DNA of 64,000 nucleotides, taken from the NCBI GenBank assembly GCA_963805085.1, contig CAWDTA010000002.1, positions 768,001-832,000 of the forward strand, written 5' to 3'. Positions 52,993-64,000 of the stretch are shown here, piece by piece. Within the stretch, counting starts at the first letter, position 1. Each line of letters opens with the position of its first letter. Origin of the DNA: an uncultured Veillonellaceae bacterium. Its GTDB lineage: Bacteria; Bacillota; Negativicutes; JARBTT01. The position numbers were made by a program, and so were the translations under genes. The notes under the pieces are model-generated. The model saw only the letters and a program-made list of their open reading frames with translations. It ran no database searches and was not told the DNA's origin.

Positions 52993-54102
52993 TCAACTCG
53001 TACGCACTGGCGTAATAATATAGTTATAAGTATCATCATCACAAGGTCTGATACTAGCTGGACTAAGCGGTGTATTCAAAGAAAAATAAATTTTTTCACT
53101 ATCGATATTTTTAAGAATATCTGTTACATATTTTGCATTAAAGGCGATATCAAGCTCTTTACCAGATAACGTAATATCGACCGATTCTTCAGCTTTACCA
53201 ATATCAGGGTTATTAGAAGTTATCATGACTGATTTTTCATTAAAAGATAAACGAATTACATTATAATCTCCAGAACGTGATATCAATGAAACACGTTCGA
53301 CTGCTGAAGAGAATGCGTCAGTATTTAGGATAATTTCCGTGGTAAAAGCTTCGGGAATAACGCGTTTATAATCAGGGAATTGTCCTTCAATCAGCCTCGA
53401 TATTATGTAAACATTATCAAAGGTAAAACTGATTTGATTTCGCGTACAGTTAACGATGACATCGGAAGGGACTTCCGCGACCATAATACGAGCTAATTCC
53501 ATTAATATTTTTGAAGGAATAATAATTTTAATTTCACCATTGAATTCATCAAGATATTCTTTTTTGATAGCTAATCTATGAGTATTTGTTGCAACCATCA
53601 TAACATCACTGTTGGTAACTTCGAGTAATCCACCAGTAAAAACAGGTCTAGCTTCATCTTGTGAACAAGCAAATACTGTTTTCTTTATTAATTCTCTAAA
53701 GACATTATCACGAATTTTGAACGTTGTATTACCATCTAGCGGATGTAACACTGGGAATTCTGCTGCTGGTAAACTTAATAAATTAAATTGTGCAGTATTT
53801 GATGTAATTTTTAGTGTATGATCTTCGCGACTTGTTACAATCTCCACCATTTCCCCAGGTAATCTGCGTACAACTTCTTGAAAATAACGACCAGATAAGA
53901 CAATAGCGCCTGGTTCATCAATTTGTGCATCTATCTTACAGCTAATACCAAGTTCGTAATCTGTTGCTTGTAATTCTAGTGTGTTGTCGAAAGCATTTAA
54001 ATAAATACCAGATAGTATGGGCATTTGCGGTTTACTTGATACCGCTTTTTGAACAATTTGTACAGCATGTACAAGTTGTTCTTTTTTACAGGAAAATTTC
54101 AT
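52993..54102 (-). CDS. dnaN: DNA polymerase III beta clamp
   Basis: VATNTHRLA, SRLIEGQFPDY, IAFNAKY. Confidence 0.97.
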   Translation of the reverse strand: MKFSCKKEQLVHAVQIVQKAVSSKPQMPILSGIYLNAFDNTLELQATDYELGISCKIDAQIDEPGAIVLSGRYFQEVVRRLPGEMVEIVTSREDHTLKITSNTAQFNLLSLPAAEFPVLHPLDGNTTFKIRDNVFRELIKKTVFACSQDEARPVFTGGLLEVTNSDVMMVATNTHRLAIKKEYLDEFNGEIKIIIPSKILMELARIMVAEVPSDVIVNCTRNQISFTFDNVYIISRLIEGQFPDYKRVIPEAFTTEIILNTDAFSSAVERVSLISRSGDYNVIRLSFNEKSVMITSNNPDIGKAEESVDITLSGKELDIAFNAKYVTDILKNIDSEKIYFSLNTPLSPASIRPCDDDTYNYIITPVRTS

Positions 54103-54349
54103 TAAAAGTCCTCCTTGAGTATATTATGACTATTTTGCTTATATAATATAAAAAATAGTCGTATTAGTCGTAGGGGCTGTAGATATGTGGATAACTAAGA
54201 AATAAGCTTGTCGATGAAAGTAAAAGTGTGTGAATAAAATGTAGATAAATATATAGTGAGTTATCCACATATTCACATAAAAATCTGTATAAAAAGTTAC
54301 CCACAAAGAATATACAGCTAATGAGTTGACTTATAAACAGAGTTATACA
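54103..54349. other. oriC unwinding region (dnaA-dnaN spacer)
   Basis: AT-rich tract, trio array TAG TCG TAT TAG TCG TAG (54156-54173), GGGC, then DnaA boxes TGTGGATAA 54186 and TTATCCACA 54261 plus degenerate boxes. Confidence 0.92.
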
Positions 54350-55795
54350 CTACATACTTTCAATTCTCTTGATAAGTTCTTTGATTGTATTATTTAATTT
54401 CATATCTTCATTGCGTTCGCGACTAATTTTATCATGCGCATGAATAACTGTTGTATGATCACGGCCACCAAACATTTCACCAATGCGTGGTAATGAAGTG
54501 TCAGTAAGTTCACGACATAAATACATCGCGATTTGACGAGGAAAAGATAGATTACGCGTTCTTTTCTTCGCTAAAAGCTCATCAATTCTAAGTTTAAAAT
54601 AAGACGAGACAATTTCTTGAATTAGCTCTAATGTAATTTGTTTTGTTTTGCCTGTAGGAAAAATATCTTTTAAGGCTTCTGTTGCTAATTCATTACTAAC
54701 AACTTGTTTAGTTAAAGAAGCATAAGCCATCACACGAATTAGTGCTCCTTCAAGTTCACGAATATTATTATCAATACGGCTAGCAATATACACCATTACA
54801 TCATTGGGAACATTAAGATTTTCAAGTAAGGCCTTTTTACGCAAGATCGCAATACGGGTTTCAAGGTCAGGCGCTTGAATATCAGTAATAAGACCCCATT
54901 CAAAACGGGAACGAAGCCGATCTTCTAGTGTTTGAATTTCGCGTGGAGGACGGTCGCTAGATATAATAATTTGTTTATTTGCTTCATGCAAAGTGTTGAA
55001 TGTATGGAAAAATTCTTCTTGTGTATGCTCTTTTTTAGATAAAAATTGAATATCATCGACCAGTAAAACATCGATATTACGATATTTCTGTCGGAAACTT
55101 TCCGGATTACCATCACGAATAGAGTTAATCAGTTCATTTGTAAATTTTTCACTAGAAATATATAGCACACGAAGATTTGGATGATTTTTCAAAATACGAT
55201 GCCCAATGGCATGCATCAAATGTGTTTTACCAAGGCCAACACCGCCATACATAAAAAAAGGATTGTACACTTGCGCTGGAGATTCGGCTACAGCAAGCGA
55301 GGCAGCATGAGCAAAGCGGTTAGAATTACCAGTAACAAATGTTTCAAACACGTATTTTGGGTTTAAAGAAAGGGAATCCTCTAAAATGATCGAAGGATTG
55401 GTTTTGGCATCAATCAATCTTTGTTGCTGCCCTGGAATGTCATCCTCGATTAATGAAGTTTGAATCGAATTACTAAATTCTCTTCTTATTGGTTTGTTAT
55501 TTTGGGGAATTTGTGTTTCTGGGACAGGGGTATCGGTATCAATCGCAAGATTTGTGATGATGACTGATAATTTTTTATTGGTAACTTCATAACCAGCATC
55601 GACGATAAAAGGAATATAACGAGACTCAATCCATTCTTTCATAAATTTCTTTGGCGTACCAAGTTCAATAGTGGTATCTGTTAAAGAAATGGGAACGACT
55701 GGTTTTAACCAAGTATCACAAGTTAATTTTGATAGGGAAAGTTCTAATTTACTTAAAATCTGTTCCCAGGTTGCTTGTAATTGTATTGTATCCAT
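54350..55795 (-). CDS. dnaA: Chromosomal replication initiator DnaA
   Basis: [46 protein letters not shown]. Confidence 0.98.
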   Translation of the reverse strand: MDTIQLQATWEQILSKLELSLSKLTCDTWLKPVVPISLTDTTIELGTPKKFMKEWIESRYIPFIVDAGYEVTNKKLSVIITNLAIDTDTPVPETQIPQNNKPIRREFSNSIQTSLIEDDIPGQQQRLIDAKTNPSIILEDSLSLNPKYVFETFVTGNSNRFAHAASLAVAESPAQVYNPFFMYGGVGLGKTHLMHAIGHRILKNHPNLRVLYISSEKFTNELINSIRDGNPESFRQKYRNIDVLLVDDIQFLSKKEHTQEEFFHTFNTLHEANKQIIISSDRPPREIQTLEDRLRSRFEWGLITDIQAPDLETRIAILRKKALLENLNVPNDVMVYIASRIDNNIRELEGALIRVMAYASLTKQVVSNELATEALKDIFPTGKTKQITLELIQEIVSSYFKLRIDELLAKKRTRNLSFPRQIAMYLCRELTDTSLPRIGEMFGGRDHTTVIHAHDKISRERNEDMKLNNTIKELIKRIESM

Positions 55796-55849
55796 AAGAA
55801 AATCCTTTCTAAAAAGAAAAATATAAACATAATTTATTAACATCTTCAT

Positions 55850-56160
55850 AAGTTATCCACAATTTTATTCACAACTGTGAATATCTTTTTGAAATAAAAG
55901 TAAAAAAAGACGAAAAAAAATACAAAACCGGGAAAATATTATTCACCTAAAGTTTGTATTATCTATATCTGTCAGGTTACGCACTTATGTTGATAAATGT
56001 GTGTATAAGTAGCGCTTGCTGTTAATAAGATTGGAGTTTATTAACAAAATTTCGAGCTTTGTGGATAAGTAACTAACTTTATATTATCAAAATGAGTGTA
56101 AGTTATCAACATGTTTTTATAGGATGCGTCACAATTTTACAATAAATATCCACAACGTTA
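55850..56160. promoter_or_regulatory. DnaA-box cluster upstream of dnaA (bipartite oriC)
   Basis: TTATCCACA 55853, TGTGGATAA 56060 and several near-matches. Confidence 0.9.
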
Positions 56161-56290
56161 TACAATTATATTTAAGTAAACTGTGCAAAAATCTTGACAC
56201 TAGAGCGTGGCTAGTCTATAATTTTTATAGTTAAAATTGATGATTTTGACCGAGAATGTTTTCGTATTATTGCAAGGAGGTGTTGTAGAT

Positions 56291-56425
56291 ATGAAACGTA
56301 CTTATCAACCAAATACATTGTGGAAAAAAAGAACGCATGGCTTCCGTGAACGTATGAAGACCAAAGGTGGTCGTCTTGTTTTAAAAAGAAGACGTGCTAA
56401 AGGCAGAAGTAAATTGTCTGCTTAG
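56291..56425 (+). CDS. rpmH: 50S ribosomal protein L34
   Basis: MKRTYQPN...HGFRERM...RRRAKGR. Confidence 0.97.
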   Translation: MKRTYQPNTLWKKRTHGFRERMKTKGGRLVLKRRRAKGRSKLSA

Positions 56426-56474
56426 TAGGTCACTCATGTGACCTATTTTTTCCATATAGCAGGATGGTTAAACA

Positions 56475-56825
56475 ATGATGTATAAACTACCAAAGCAGAA
56501 TATTCTGCGCAAAAACAAACAATTTCAGAGTGTTTATCGGTATGGTAAGTCATATGCTAATCGTATGATGGTTATTTATGTATTATCAAACAAGGATACT
56601 CAAAGAAAAGTTGGCTTTGCAGCAGGCAAGCGCCTGGGCAATGCTGTGGTTAGAAATCGAGTAAAAAGGCTTCTTCGTGAAACTTATCGACTTAATCAAC
56701 ATAAGTTGAAACTCGGTTTTGATTTACTCCTAGTTGGGCGTAAACCAATGGTTGATGTAAAATACAAAGTTGTCAGTAAGGCTTTTGGAGATTTATGCAC
56801 TAAAGCTAGTATTTTGGATGAATAG
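56475..56825 (+). CDS. rnpA: RNase P protein component
   Basis: [18 protein letters not shown]. Confidence 0.96.
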   Translation: MMYKLPKQNILRKNKQFQSVYRYGKSYANRMMVIYVLSNKDTQRKVGFAAGKRLGNAVVRNRVKRLLRETYRLNQHKLKLGFDLLLVGRKPMVDVKYKVVSKAFGDLCTKASILDE

Positions 56826-56836
56826 GCGGCGATAGA

Positions 56837-57046
56837 ATGAAAAAGATTTTTATTTTATTGATAAGATTTTATCGGGTATTTTTATCACCGTTAAAGCCGC
56901 CTACTTGTCGTTTTGTGCCAACTTGTTCTGAGTATGCATTAATTGCTTTTGAAAAATATGGGGTTTGGCGTGGTGCCTATATGACGTTTCGACGAGTTTT
57001 AAAGTGTCATCCGTTTCATCGAGGCGGCTATGACCCTGTGAAATAA
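56837..57046 (+). CDS. yidD: Membrane protein insertion efficiency factor
   Basis: [23 protein letters not shown]. Confidence 0.95.
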   Translation: MKKIFILLIRFYRVFLSPLKPPTCRFVPTCSEYALIAFEKYGVWRGAYMTFRRVLKCHPFHRGGYDPVK

Positions 57047-57084
57047 ATAATAGAGATAAATATGTTCGAGGATGTGAAATTTTA

Positions 57085-57750
57085 GTGGATTTTTTTACAA
57101 ATCTATTTAATGCTTTAATTGGTTATTTACAGAGTTTCTTAACAATATTTTATAATCTAAGCGATGCCATTGGTTACGCCAATTATGGTGTAGCTATTAT
57201 TTTGATGACAATCGTCATTAAAATGTTACTTTATCCATTAACCGTAAAACAAGTAAGATCCATGAAGGCGATGCAAGACATGCAGCCAGAATTAAAGAAA
57301 ATACAAACCAAATATAAAGATAATCCAGCGGAATTACAAAAGGAAATGGCAGCCCTTTATAGTAAAGCCGGTGTTAACCCGCTTGCCGGATGCTTACCAT
57401 TGGTTGCGCAAATGCCAATTTTAATCGGTATCTTTTATGCCATTCGTGATTATGTTTATCAAGGCGCACCAGCATTCCTTTGGGTAACCAATCTATCGCA
57501 GGCTGATCCATATTATATTTTACCAGTAGTGTCAGCGGCGACTACTTATATTCAACAAAAGCAAACGTCAGCAGAAGCAAACCAACAAACGAAAATGATG
57601 ATGATTTTTATGCCTTTGTTCATTGGTTGGATTAGTCTAACATTCCCAGCTGGCTTAGTATTATATTGGGTTGTAAGTAATACAATGCAAATTTTACAAC
57701 AATGGTGGATGTCTCGTATTGATGATAAATTAAAAGGGGAGGCTGCTTAA
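57085..57750 (+). CDS. yidC: Membrane protein insertase YidC/SpoIIIJ
   Basis: YGVAII, NPLAGCLPLVAQMPI, PAGLVLYW. Confidence 0.95.
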   Translation: MDFFTNLFNALIGYLQSFLTIFYNLSDAIGYANYGVAIILMTIVIKMLLYPLTVKQVRSMKAMQDMQPELKKIQTKYKDNPAELQKEMAALYSKAGVNPLAGCLPLVAQMPILIGIFYAIRDYVYQGAPAFLWVTNLSQADPYYILPVVSAATTYIQQKQTSAEANQQTKMMMIFMPLFIGWISLTFPAGLVLYWVVSNTMQILQQWWMSRIDDKLKGEAA

Positions 57751-57751
57751 T

Positions 57752-58381
57752 ATGCTTACTGTAGTTGAAAAAACTGGTAAGTCTATTGAAGAAGCTCTAG
57801 CAGCAGCATTAACCGAACTGAATGTGAACGAAGATCGCGTTGAGTATGAAGTTATTGATATGCCTAAAAAGGGTTTTTTAGGATTTATCGGGAACAAACC
57901 TGCTAAAATAAAGGTAAGTGTAAAGAAAGTTCCCCAAATTGAAGTTGCCATCAAATTTCTAGAAGATATTTTTACAGCGATGAAAATTGTTGTTGCTATT
58001 GAAACAGTAAAAAATGTTGATGATTATGTTTGTGATTTACATGGCGAAGATCTTGGTATTTTAATTGGTAAACATGGACAAACTTTGGATGCTTTGCAAT
58101 ATTTAACGAATCTTGCGGCAAATAAGGATATGAGCGAAGCAAAAATAAGAATTACGCTTGACGTAGAGAACTATCGGAAAAGACGTCAAGAAACATTATG
58201 TAGATTGGCAAATCATCTAGCTGATAAAGTGAAAAGATTTGGTGATAAAATTGTTTTAGAGCCAATGAATCGGCATGAAAGAAAAATTATTCATACAGCA
58301 TTGCAAGATGACCGGCGGATTCTTACTTATAGTGATGGTGAAGAGCCATATCGTAAGGTTGTTATTGCATTAAAACGGTAA
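57752..58381 (+). CDS. jag: Jag/EloR/KhpB RNA-binding protein
   Basis: KH IGKHGQTLDALQYL and R3H ERKIIH. Confidence 0.95.
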   Translation: MLTVVEKTGKSIEEALAAALTELNVNEDRVEYEVIDMPKKGFLGFIGNKPAKIKVSVKKVPQIEVAIKFLEDIFTAMKIVVAIETVKNVDDYVCDLHGEDLGILIGKHGQTLDALQYLTNLAANKDMSEAKIRITLDVENYRKRRQETLCRLANHLADKVKRFGDKIVLEPMNRHERKIIHTALQDDRRILTYSDGEEPYRKVVIALKR

Positions 58382-58453
58382 TGAAGTAAAGAATAAAACC
58401 CAGTAATGAATATTACTGGGTTTTTGAATATTATATAGGTTGGAGGTAAATGA

Positions 58454-59842
58454 ATGCGGATGCATACGGAAACGATTAGTGCGATAGCAACAGCTGTCGG
58501 TGAAGGTGGAATCGGCATTGTTCGTTTAAGCGGAGATAGAGCACTAGAAATCGTAAAAAATATTTTTGTCCCTAAAAGTAATAAAAAAATAGAAGATATT
58601 CCTACTCACCATGTTACGTATGGACAAATTATTGATAAAAAAAATAAGGTTGTAGTTGATGAATGCTTACTATTAACCATGCATGGACCACACTCTTATA
58701 CTTGTGAGGACGTTGTGGAATTTCATTGTCATGGTGGAGCAACCCCTCTTGGTAATGTACTTAGCTTAACACTTCGTGAAGGGGCGAGACTTGCTGAACC
58801 TGGTGAGTTTACTAAACGTGCCTTTCTAAATGGTCGCTTAGATTTATCACAAGCACAAGCGGTTATTGACGTTATTCGTTCAAAGACAGATGCATCACTT
58901 CGTATGGCAATTGGTCATTTAGAAGGGCATTTTTCTGAAAAAATTCGTGACTATCGTCATGAGATTTTAAGTATGATCGCTCATTTAGAAGCAGCGATTG
59001 ATTTTCCCGAAGACGATATTGATGAAATTGCAACGGATGAAGTAAGAGAACAGGTTATGCACGTTAAAGCGGATATTGAAAAATTATTGGCAACGGCAAA
59101 GACTGGGCGCGTACTGCGTGAAGGATTAGAAACCGCAATTATCGGCAAGCCAAACGTTGGTAAATCAAGTCTTTTAAATGCATTATTAAATGAAAATCGT
59201 GCGATTGTTACGGATGTTCCTGGAACAACGCGTGATATTATCGAAGAATGTGCCAATATTGGTGGAATTCCACTTAAAATTATTGATACTGCAGGAATTC
59301 GCGAAACGGAAGATGTCGTTGAAAAAATCGGCGTAGAAAAATCCCGTAGCTATATTGAGCGGGCCGATTTGATCTTGGTGTTACTCGATATTGCCAATTC
59401 TTTATCGGCGGAAGATGAAGAAATCCTAAGTATCATTCAAGATCGCCAAGCGATTGTTCTAGTTAATAAAAGTGATTTACAGCCAAAACTAGATATTAAG
59501 TATCTTACAGAAAAATTACCGAGCCATAGCGTGATTAAGATTTCTACCATAGATGGCACTGGCTTAGAAGAACTAGAAACGACAATTGTCAATATGGTTT
59601 ATAGTGGGCAAGTGAAACAAGGGGAAGGTGCCTTTGTCAATAATGTTCGCCAAGCTGAAATTTTAAGGATGACTGAGCAGTATTTGCAAGAAGTATTATT
59701 CACGATTGATCGGGGAATGTCACCAGACTTTATTGTGATTGACTTACGTGCAGCGTGGGAAAAACTTGGCGAAATTACTGGTGATACGGTTGGTGAGGAT
59801 ATCATTGATCAAATTTTTAGCCAATTTTGTATCGGAAAGTAA
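58454..59842 (+). CDS. mnmE: tRNA modification GTPase MnmE
   Basis: GKPNVGKS, GTTRD, DTAG, NKSD, FCIGK. Confidence 0.97.
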   Translation: MRMHTETISAIATAVGEGGIGIVRLSGDRALEIVKNIFVPKSNKKIEDIPTHHVTYGQIIDKKNKVVVDECLLLTMHGPHSYTCEDVVEFHCHGGATPLGNVLSLTLREGARLAEPGEFTKRAFLNGRLDLSQAQAVIDVIRSKTDASLRMAIGHLEGHFSEKIRDYRHEILSMIAHLEAAIDFPEDDIDEIATDEVREQVMHVKADIEKLLATAKTGRVLREGLETAIIGKPNVGKSSLLNALLNENRAIVTDVPGTTRDIIEECANIGGIPLKIIDTAGIRETEDVVEKIGVEKSRSYIERADLILVLLDIANSLSAEDEEILSIIQDRQAIVLVNKSDLQPKLDIKYLTEKLPSHSVIKISTIDGTGLEELETTIVNMVYSGQVKQGEGAFVNNVRQAEILRMTEQYLQEVLFTIDRGMSPDFIVIDLRAAWEKLGEITGDTVGEDIIDQIFSQFCIGK

Positions 59843-59921
59843 AATTTTGTAGGGCGACTTACAAAAATAAAAAAGAATTGATTGACATAGTGTGCGATTT
59901 AAAAATAGGGAGATGTTTGTT

Positions 59922-61805
59922 TTGTTTGTTGCGGAAGAATTTGATGTAATTGTTATTGGAGCAGGACATGCTGGAGTGGAAGCAGCACTTGCATCAGCTC
60001 GCATGGGCTGTAAAACGATGCTTGCAACATTAAACATGGATAATATTGCGATGATGCCCTGCAATCCTTCGGTTGGTGGCCCAGCAAAAGGACATCTGGT
60101 TTGCGAACTCGATGCCTTAGGCGGAGAGATGGGAATCAATAGTGATAAAGCTTGCATTCAATTTAGAATGTTAAATACTGGTAAAGGACCGGCGGTACAC
60201 GCTTTGCGTGCGCAAGCCGACAAAAGGCTTTATCAATATACGATGAAAGAAACTTGTGAAAATCAGACAAATCTTGATGTTAAGCAATTATTAATAGAAA
60301 AATTAATTATAGAAGATAACGTAGTCAAAGGCGTGGAAATCGAAACTGGCGAAGTATACCATTGTAAATGTGCTGTTCTGGCATCGGGAACGTATTTAAA
60401 AGGAAAAATTGTCATTGGTGAAAATGCCTATTCGGGTGGACCAAACGGGCAAAGAGCAGCAGAAAAGCTGTCCGATTCCTTATTACAAGCTGGTGTGAAA
60501 TTGATGCGCTTTAAAACAGGGACACCAGCAAGAGTAGATGGTAGATCTCTGGATTATTCAAAGATGCTGATTCAACCAGGGGATGATGAGGTCCACAATT
60601 TTTCTTTTATGAGCGATGTAAAAACAAGAGAGCAAGTTCCTTGCTGGCTTACGTATACAAATGAGAAGACCCATGATATTATTCGAAATAATTTACATCG
60701 AGCACCGATGTATTCTGGCATGATTGAAGGGACGGGCCCTAGATATTGCCCATCAATTGAAACTAAAATTGTTCGATTTGCTGATAAAACAGCACATCAA
60801 TTATTTATTGAACCAGAAGGTTTAAATACAACTGAGATGTATGTGCAAGGAATGTCAACGAGTTTACCAATTGATGTGCAATATGAATTTTTAAAGACCA
60901 TTCCTGGACTTGAAAATGTAAAAATTATGCGGCCAGGATATGCCATTGAATATGATTGTGTAGACCCTTTACAGTTAAAATCATCTCTGGAATTTAAAGC
61001 GATTAAGGGATTATTTTCTGCTGGTCAAGCCAACGGCACTTCTGGATATGAAGAGGCGGCTGCACAAGGATTGATTGCAGGGATCAATGCGGCTTTAGTA
61101 ATAAAAAATAAAGACCCATTGATTCTTTCACGTTCAGACGCCTATATTGGGGTATTAATTGATGATCTTGTAACAAAAGGTACCAATGAGCCTTATCGGA
61201 TTATGACGTCACGGGCTGAATACCGTCTTATTTTAAGGCAAGATAATGCGGATTTACGTTTAACGGAAAAAGGTTATCAAATCGGCTTAGTAACTAAGGA
61301 ACGTTATGCTCGTTTTCAGGCAAAAAAACAAGGAATTGATGATACGCTGAAAATTCTAAGTGAAACAGTGATTACGCCAACCCCAGCAACACAAGCTAGA
61401 CTTGCCGCCATTGGAACAAGTGACATTAGAACAGGTACGACCCTCTATGATTTATTAAAACGCACTGGAATGGAATATGAAGCCCTTAGAAGCCAATTTG
61501 AATTACCAGAAGTAGCGCAAGAAGTTTGTACACAAGTAGAAATTACGGTGCGTTATGAAGGGTACATTAAAAAACAAATTGAGCAAGTGGAACGCGCTGA
61601 AAAGCTAGAGCAGAAGATCATTCCCGATGATATCGATTATGAAATAGTACCAAGTTTGCCGGGGGAAGCACGTCAGAAGCTGGCTGAAATAAGACCCCGT
61701 TCAATTGGCCAAGCAAGTCGTATTTCCGGCGTTTCACCAGCAGATATTTCGATTTTAATTGTTTATTTAGAACAAGAGCGTCGCAGAAAGGAAAGTAAGC
61801 AATGA
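59922..61805 (+). CDS. mnmG: tRNA uridine-5-carboxymethylaminomethyl modification enzyme MnmG
   Basis: [35 protein letters not shown]; start chosen by RBS spacing. Confidence 0.97.
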   Translation: MFVAEEFDVIVIGAGHAGVEAALASARMGCKTMLATLNMDNIAMMPCNPSVGGPAKGHLVCELDALGGEMGINSDKACIQFRMLNTGKGPAVHALRAQADKRLYQYTMKETCENQTNLDVKQLLIEKLIIEDNVVKGVEIETGEVYHCKCAVLASGTYLKGKIVIGENAYSGGPNGQRAAEKLSDSLLQAGVKLMRFKTGTPARVDGRSLDYSKMLIQPGDDEVHNFSFMSDVKTREQVPCWLTYTNEKTHDIIRNNLHRAPMYSGMIEGTGPRYCPSIETKIVRFADKTAHQLFIEPEGLNTTEMYVQGMSTSLPIDVQYEFLKTIPGLENVKIMRPGYAIEYDCVDPLQLKSSLEFKAIKGLFSAGQANGTSGYEEAAAQGLIAGINAALVIKNKDPLILSRSDAYIGVLIDDLVTKGTNEPYRIMTSRAEYRLILRQDNADLRLTEKGYQIGLVTKERYARFQAKKQGIDDTLKILSETVITPTPATQARLAAIGTSDIRTGTTLYDLLKRTGMEYEALRSQFELPEVAQEVCTQVEITVRYEGYIKKQIEQVERAEKLEQKIIPDDIDYEIVPSLPGEARQKLAEIRPRSIGQASRISGVSPADISILIVYLEQERRRKESKQ

Positions 61806-62518
61806 GTTTTGCAGACTATCTTAGAGCGGCGGCACAAACCTACAATGTCGCTTTATCAGATCAACAAGTAGAAGCATATCGTATCTATTACGAACTTTTG
61901 ATTGAGTGGAATGAAAAAATAAATTTAACTGCGATTACGCAGCCGGAGCAAGTGGCAGTTAAGCATATGATTGATTCTTTAAGTTGTCATAATGCAAACG
62001 TATTTTTTGAAGGCTGCTCGGTCATTGATGTGGGCACAGGCGCTGGTTTTCCGGGATTGCCACTGAAAATTTTCCAAGAGAATATACAATTAACGCTCTT
62101 AGATTCCTTAAATAAACGGGTGAAATTTTTGGCGACAATAGTGGAGACTTTGCAATTAAACAAGGTAGAAGTAATTCATAGTCGAGCTGAAGAAGGGGCA
62201 CGGCAAAAAGTACATCGTGAAAAATATGATGTAGCCGTTTCTCGTGCGGTAGCTCGCTTAAATGTGTTATGTGAACTTTGTATGCCTTATGTAAAAGTTG
62301 GTGGCTATTTTGTGGCGCTGAAAGGGGCACAGTATGTAGCAGAGGTTGATGAAGCAAAGCACGCGGTAGTGATACTGGGGGGGATTTTTGAGAAAATAGT
62401 TCCAGTGAAGTTACCTGGGATTGATGATGTTAGAGCAATTATTTATGTCAAGAAGATAAAGCCGACACCAGTGCTTTATCCGCGTAAAGCTGGTACGCCA
62501 GAAAAAGATCCTCTATAA
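61802..62518 (+). CDS. rsmG: 16S rRNA m7G527 methyltransferase
   Basis: [20 protein letters not shown]. Confidence 0.96.
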   Translation: MSFADYLRAAAQTYNVALSDQQVEAYRIYYELLIEWNEKINLTAITQPEQVAVKHMIDSLSCHNANVFFEGCSVIDVGTGAGFPGLPLKIFQENIQLTLLDSLNKRVKFLATIVETLQLNKVEVIHSRAEEGARQKVHREKYDVAVSRAVARLNVLCELCMPYVKVGGYFVALKGAQYVAEVDEAKHAVVILGGIFEKIVPVKLPGIDDVRAIIYVKKIKPTPVLYPRKAGTPEKDPL

Positions 62519-62533
62519 TTTACCAAAAGAATT

Positions 62534-62561
62534 AGAGGAGTTTGCTTATTATATGACGAAT
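62534..62561 (+). promoter_or_regulatory. sigma-H-like promoter of noc
   Basis: AGAGGAGTT-12 nt-GACGAAT. Confidence 0.5.
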
Positions 62562-62599
62562 AGTATTTTTATTAACGTAAGTAGGTAGGCGGTGGATGA

Positions 62600-63511
62600 A
62601 TGAAAAGTTTAGCCAGATTATTTGGGATCAGTTCTGATAGCCCCGAAACTCCGGCTGAAAGTACTGTAGCTATTCAAGTTCCAGTTGTAGCTGAGGATAT
62701 ACCAGTAGAAATTGTAAACAAGAATGATATTCAGTATTTAAAAATATGTGATATAGTTCCGAATCCTTTTCAACCAAGAAAAACCTTTCATGCCGAGGCT
62801 TTAAAAGATTTAGCAGCCTCCATTAAAGAATTTGGGGTAATTCAGCCACTATTGGTTAGAAGAGTAAGGGATAACTATGAATTAGTTGCTGGGGAACGTA
62901 GACTAAGAGCTTCAAAATTGGTTGGGTTAGAAGAAGTACCGGCGATTATTAAAGAGCTGAATGATAAAGAAATGGCAGAACTTGCAATGATTGAAAACTT
63001 GCAACGTGAAGATTTACATTTCTTAGAAGAAGCTGAAGGGTTTCACCAATTAATTTCCAATTTTGGTTTTACGCAAGAAGAATTGGCGAATCGTATGGGT
63101 AAAAGTCAATCGACAATAGCTAACAAATTGCGACTGTTAAAGCTCGGTGATGAAGTAAGAAAACAATTATATGAAGGCAGTTTAACTGAGCGTCATGCGA
63201 GAGCTTTACTGAAGCTAACAGAAGTAGTTCAGCAACTGGAAGCTCTTGTAATTATCAAAGAAAAAGGGCTGAATGTTCGCGAGAGTGAGATGTTGATTCA
63301 GGAAATTATTGACGAAATTTCCCGGGAAAAGGATAAAAAAGCACCGAAGCAAAATGTCGTGCGTGTGATTCGCGATGTTAGAATATTTCTAAATACAATC
63401 AATAATGTGGTTGGGCAAATGAAAAAGTCAGGGTTAAAAGTTAAAGTAAATCAAGAGCAAGATGATGATTATATCACTGTTAAAATGGTTATTCCAAAAC
63501 GAAAAAAATAG
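62600..63511 (+). CDS. noc: Nucleoid occlusion protein (ParB family)
   Basis: N-terminal amphipathic MKSLARLFG, NPFQPR, AGERRLRA, ENLQREDL; directly after rsmG. Confidence 0.88.
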   Translation: MKSLARLFGISSDSPETPAESTVAIQVPVVAEDIPVEIVNKNDIQYLKICDIVPNPFQPRKTFHAEALKDLAASIKEFGVIQPLLVRRVRDNYELVAGERRLRASKLVGLEEVPAIIKELNDKEMAELAMIENLQREDLHFLEEAEGFHQLISNFGFTQEELANRMGKSQSTIANKLRLLKLGDEVRKQLYEGSLTERHARALLKLTEVVQQLEALVIIKEKGLNVRESEMLIQEIIDEISREKDKKAPKQNVVRVIRDVRIFLNTINNVVGQMKKSGLKVKVNQEQDDDYITVKMVIPKRKK

Positions 63512-63598
63512 CAGGCAGATTACTGATTATATGCGCCGATAAAAAGGTTGTGTAAGGTTTACCCTTTTGCTATAGCTTAGGAATAGTAGGTGTAAAAA

Positions 63599-64000
63599 AT
63601 GAAAAAAATAACGCGATTAGTTCTATTGATGTTAACTGTATTCATGATGTTAGCTAGTATTTGTCAAGCAATGGGGCCGATTAATAGAGAAGAAAAAAGT
63701 CCTAAGAATGAACTACAGAATGTGACGACTGAAAGATTTGTTCAGATTTATAAAGATGATGATTCTACGTATTATCTGGATAAAGTAACCGCGAAAAAAA
63801 TCAAGCACCCATATTTAAACGAAGATATTCTTGACGTTTGGTTAAAGGTAGAAGTTAATGTAAATGGTGTGTATAATGATCCAGTAAGTTATACGATGAA
63901 GCATTATTATTTACGTTTGAAGGAAAAACAATTACAACTTATCAATAGTGTTGATTTTAATGGAGAAAGTCCTGTCTATACACCGGATGAGCCTTATCGG
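63599..64000 (+). CDS. Exported hypothetical protein, runs off the window
   Basis: MKKITRLVLLMLTVFMMLASICQA signal peptide; frame open to the end. Confidence 0.7.
   Translation, partial: MKKITRLVLLMLTVFMMLASICQAMGPINREEKSPKNELQNVTTERFVQIYKDDDSTYYLDKVTAKKIKHPYLNEDILDVWLKVEVNVNGVYNDPVSYTMKHYYLRLKEKQLQLINSVDFNGESPVYTPDEPYR

Overview
Chromosomal origin region of a low-GC Firmicute, most likely a Negativicute (Sporomusaceae/Selenomonadales-like; inferred from gene content). The right third is the conserved core: gyrB-remB-DUF721-recF-yaaA-dnaN-oriC-dnaA on the minus strand, and rpmH-rnpA-yidD-yidC-jag-mnmE-mnmG-rsmG-noc on the plus strand. gyrA lies about 22 kb from gyrB. The left two thirds is an accessory mosaic: a heterodimeric ABC exporter, a beta-glucoside PTS operon, araC/dapA, a Salmonella-type fructose-asparagine (fra) locus, ppx-ppk, a dead group II intron, a RAYT with flanking REP-like repeats, two tctC/Bug paralogues, a bioBXWFDA operon, tRNA-Pro, a yybP-ykoY riboswitch and two copies of an IS200 element. 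The main unexplained signal is four short intergenic copies of the ends of intact genes in this window (ABC 5' end, ppk 3' end, gyrA 3' end, bioA 3' end). They border the accessory cassettes and differ from the intact genes largely at synonymous positions. This fits repeated integrase-free, single-crossover integration of DNA from diverged relatives, stacking alternative versions of a locus in tandem. A second theme is that both IS200 copies and the intron sit directly behind the U-tract of a 5'-leader terminator. Two candidate unannotated RNAs are also flagged. All calls are by eye; no database search was run.
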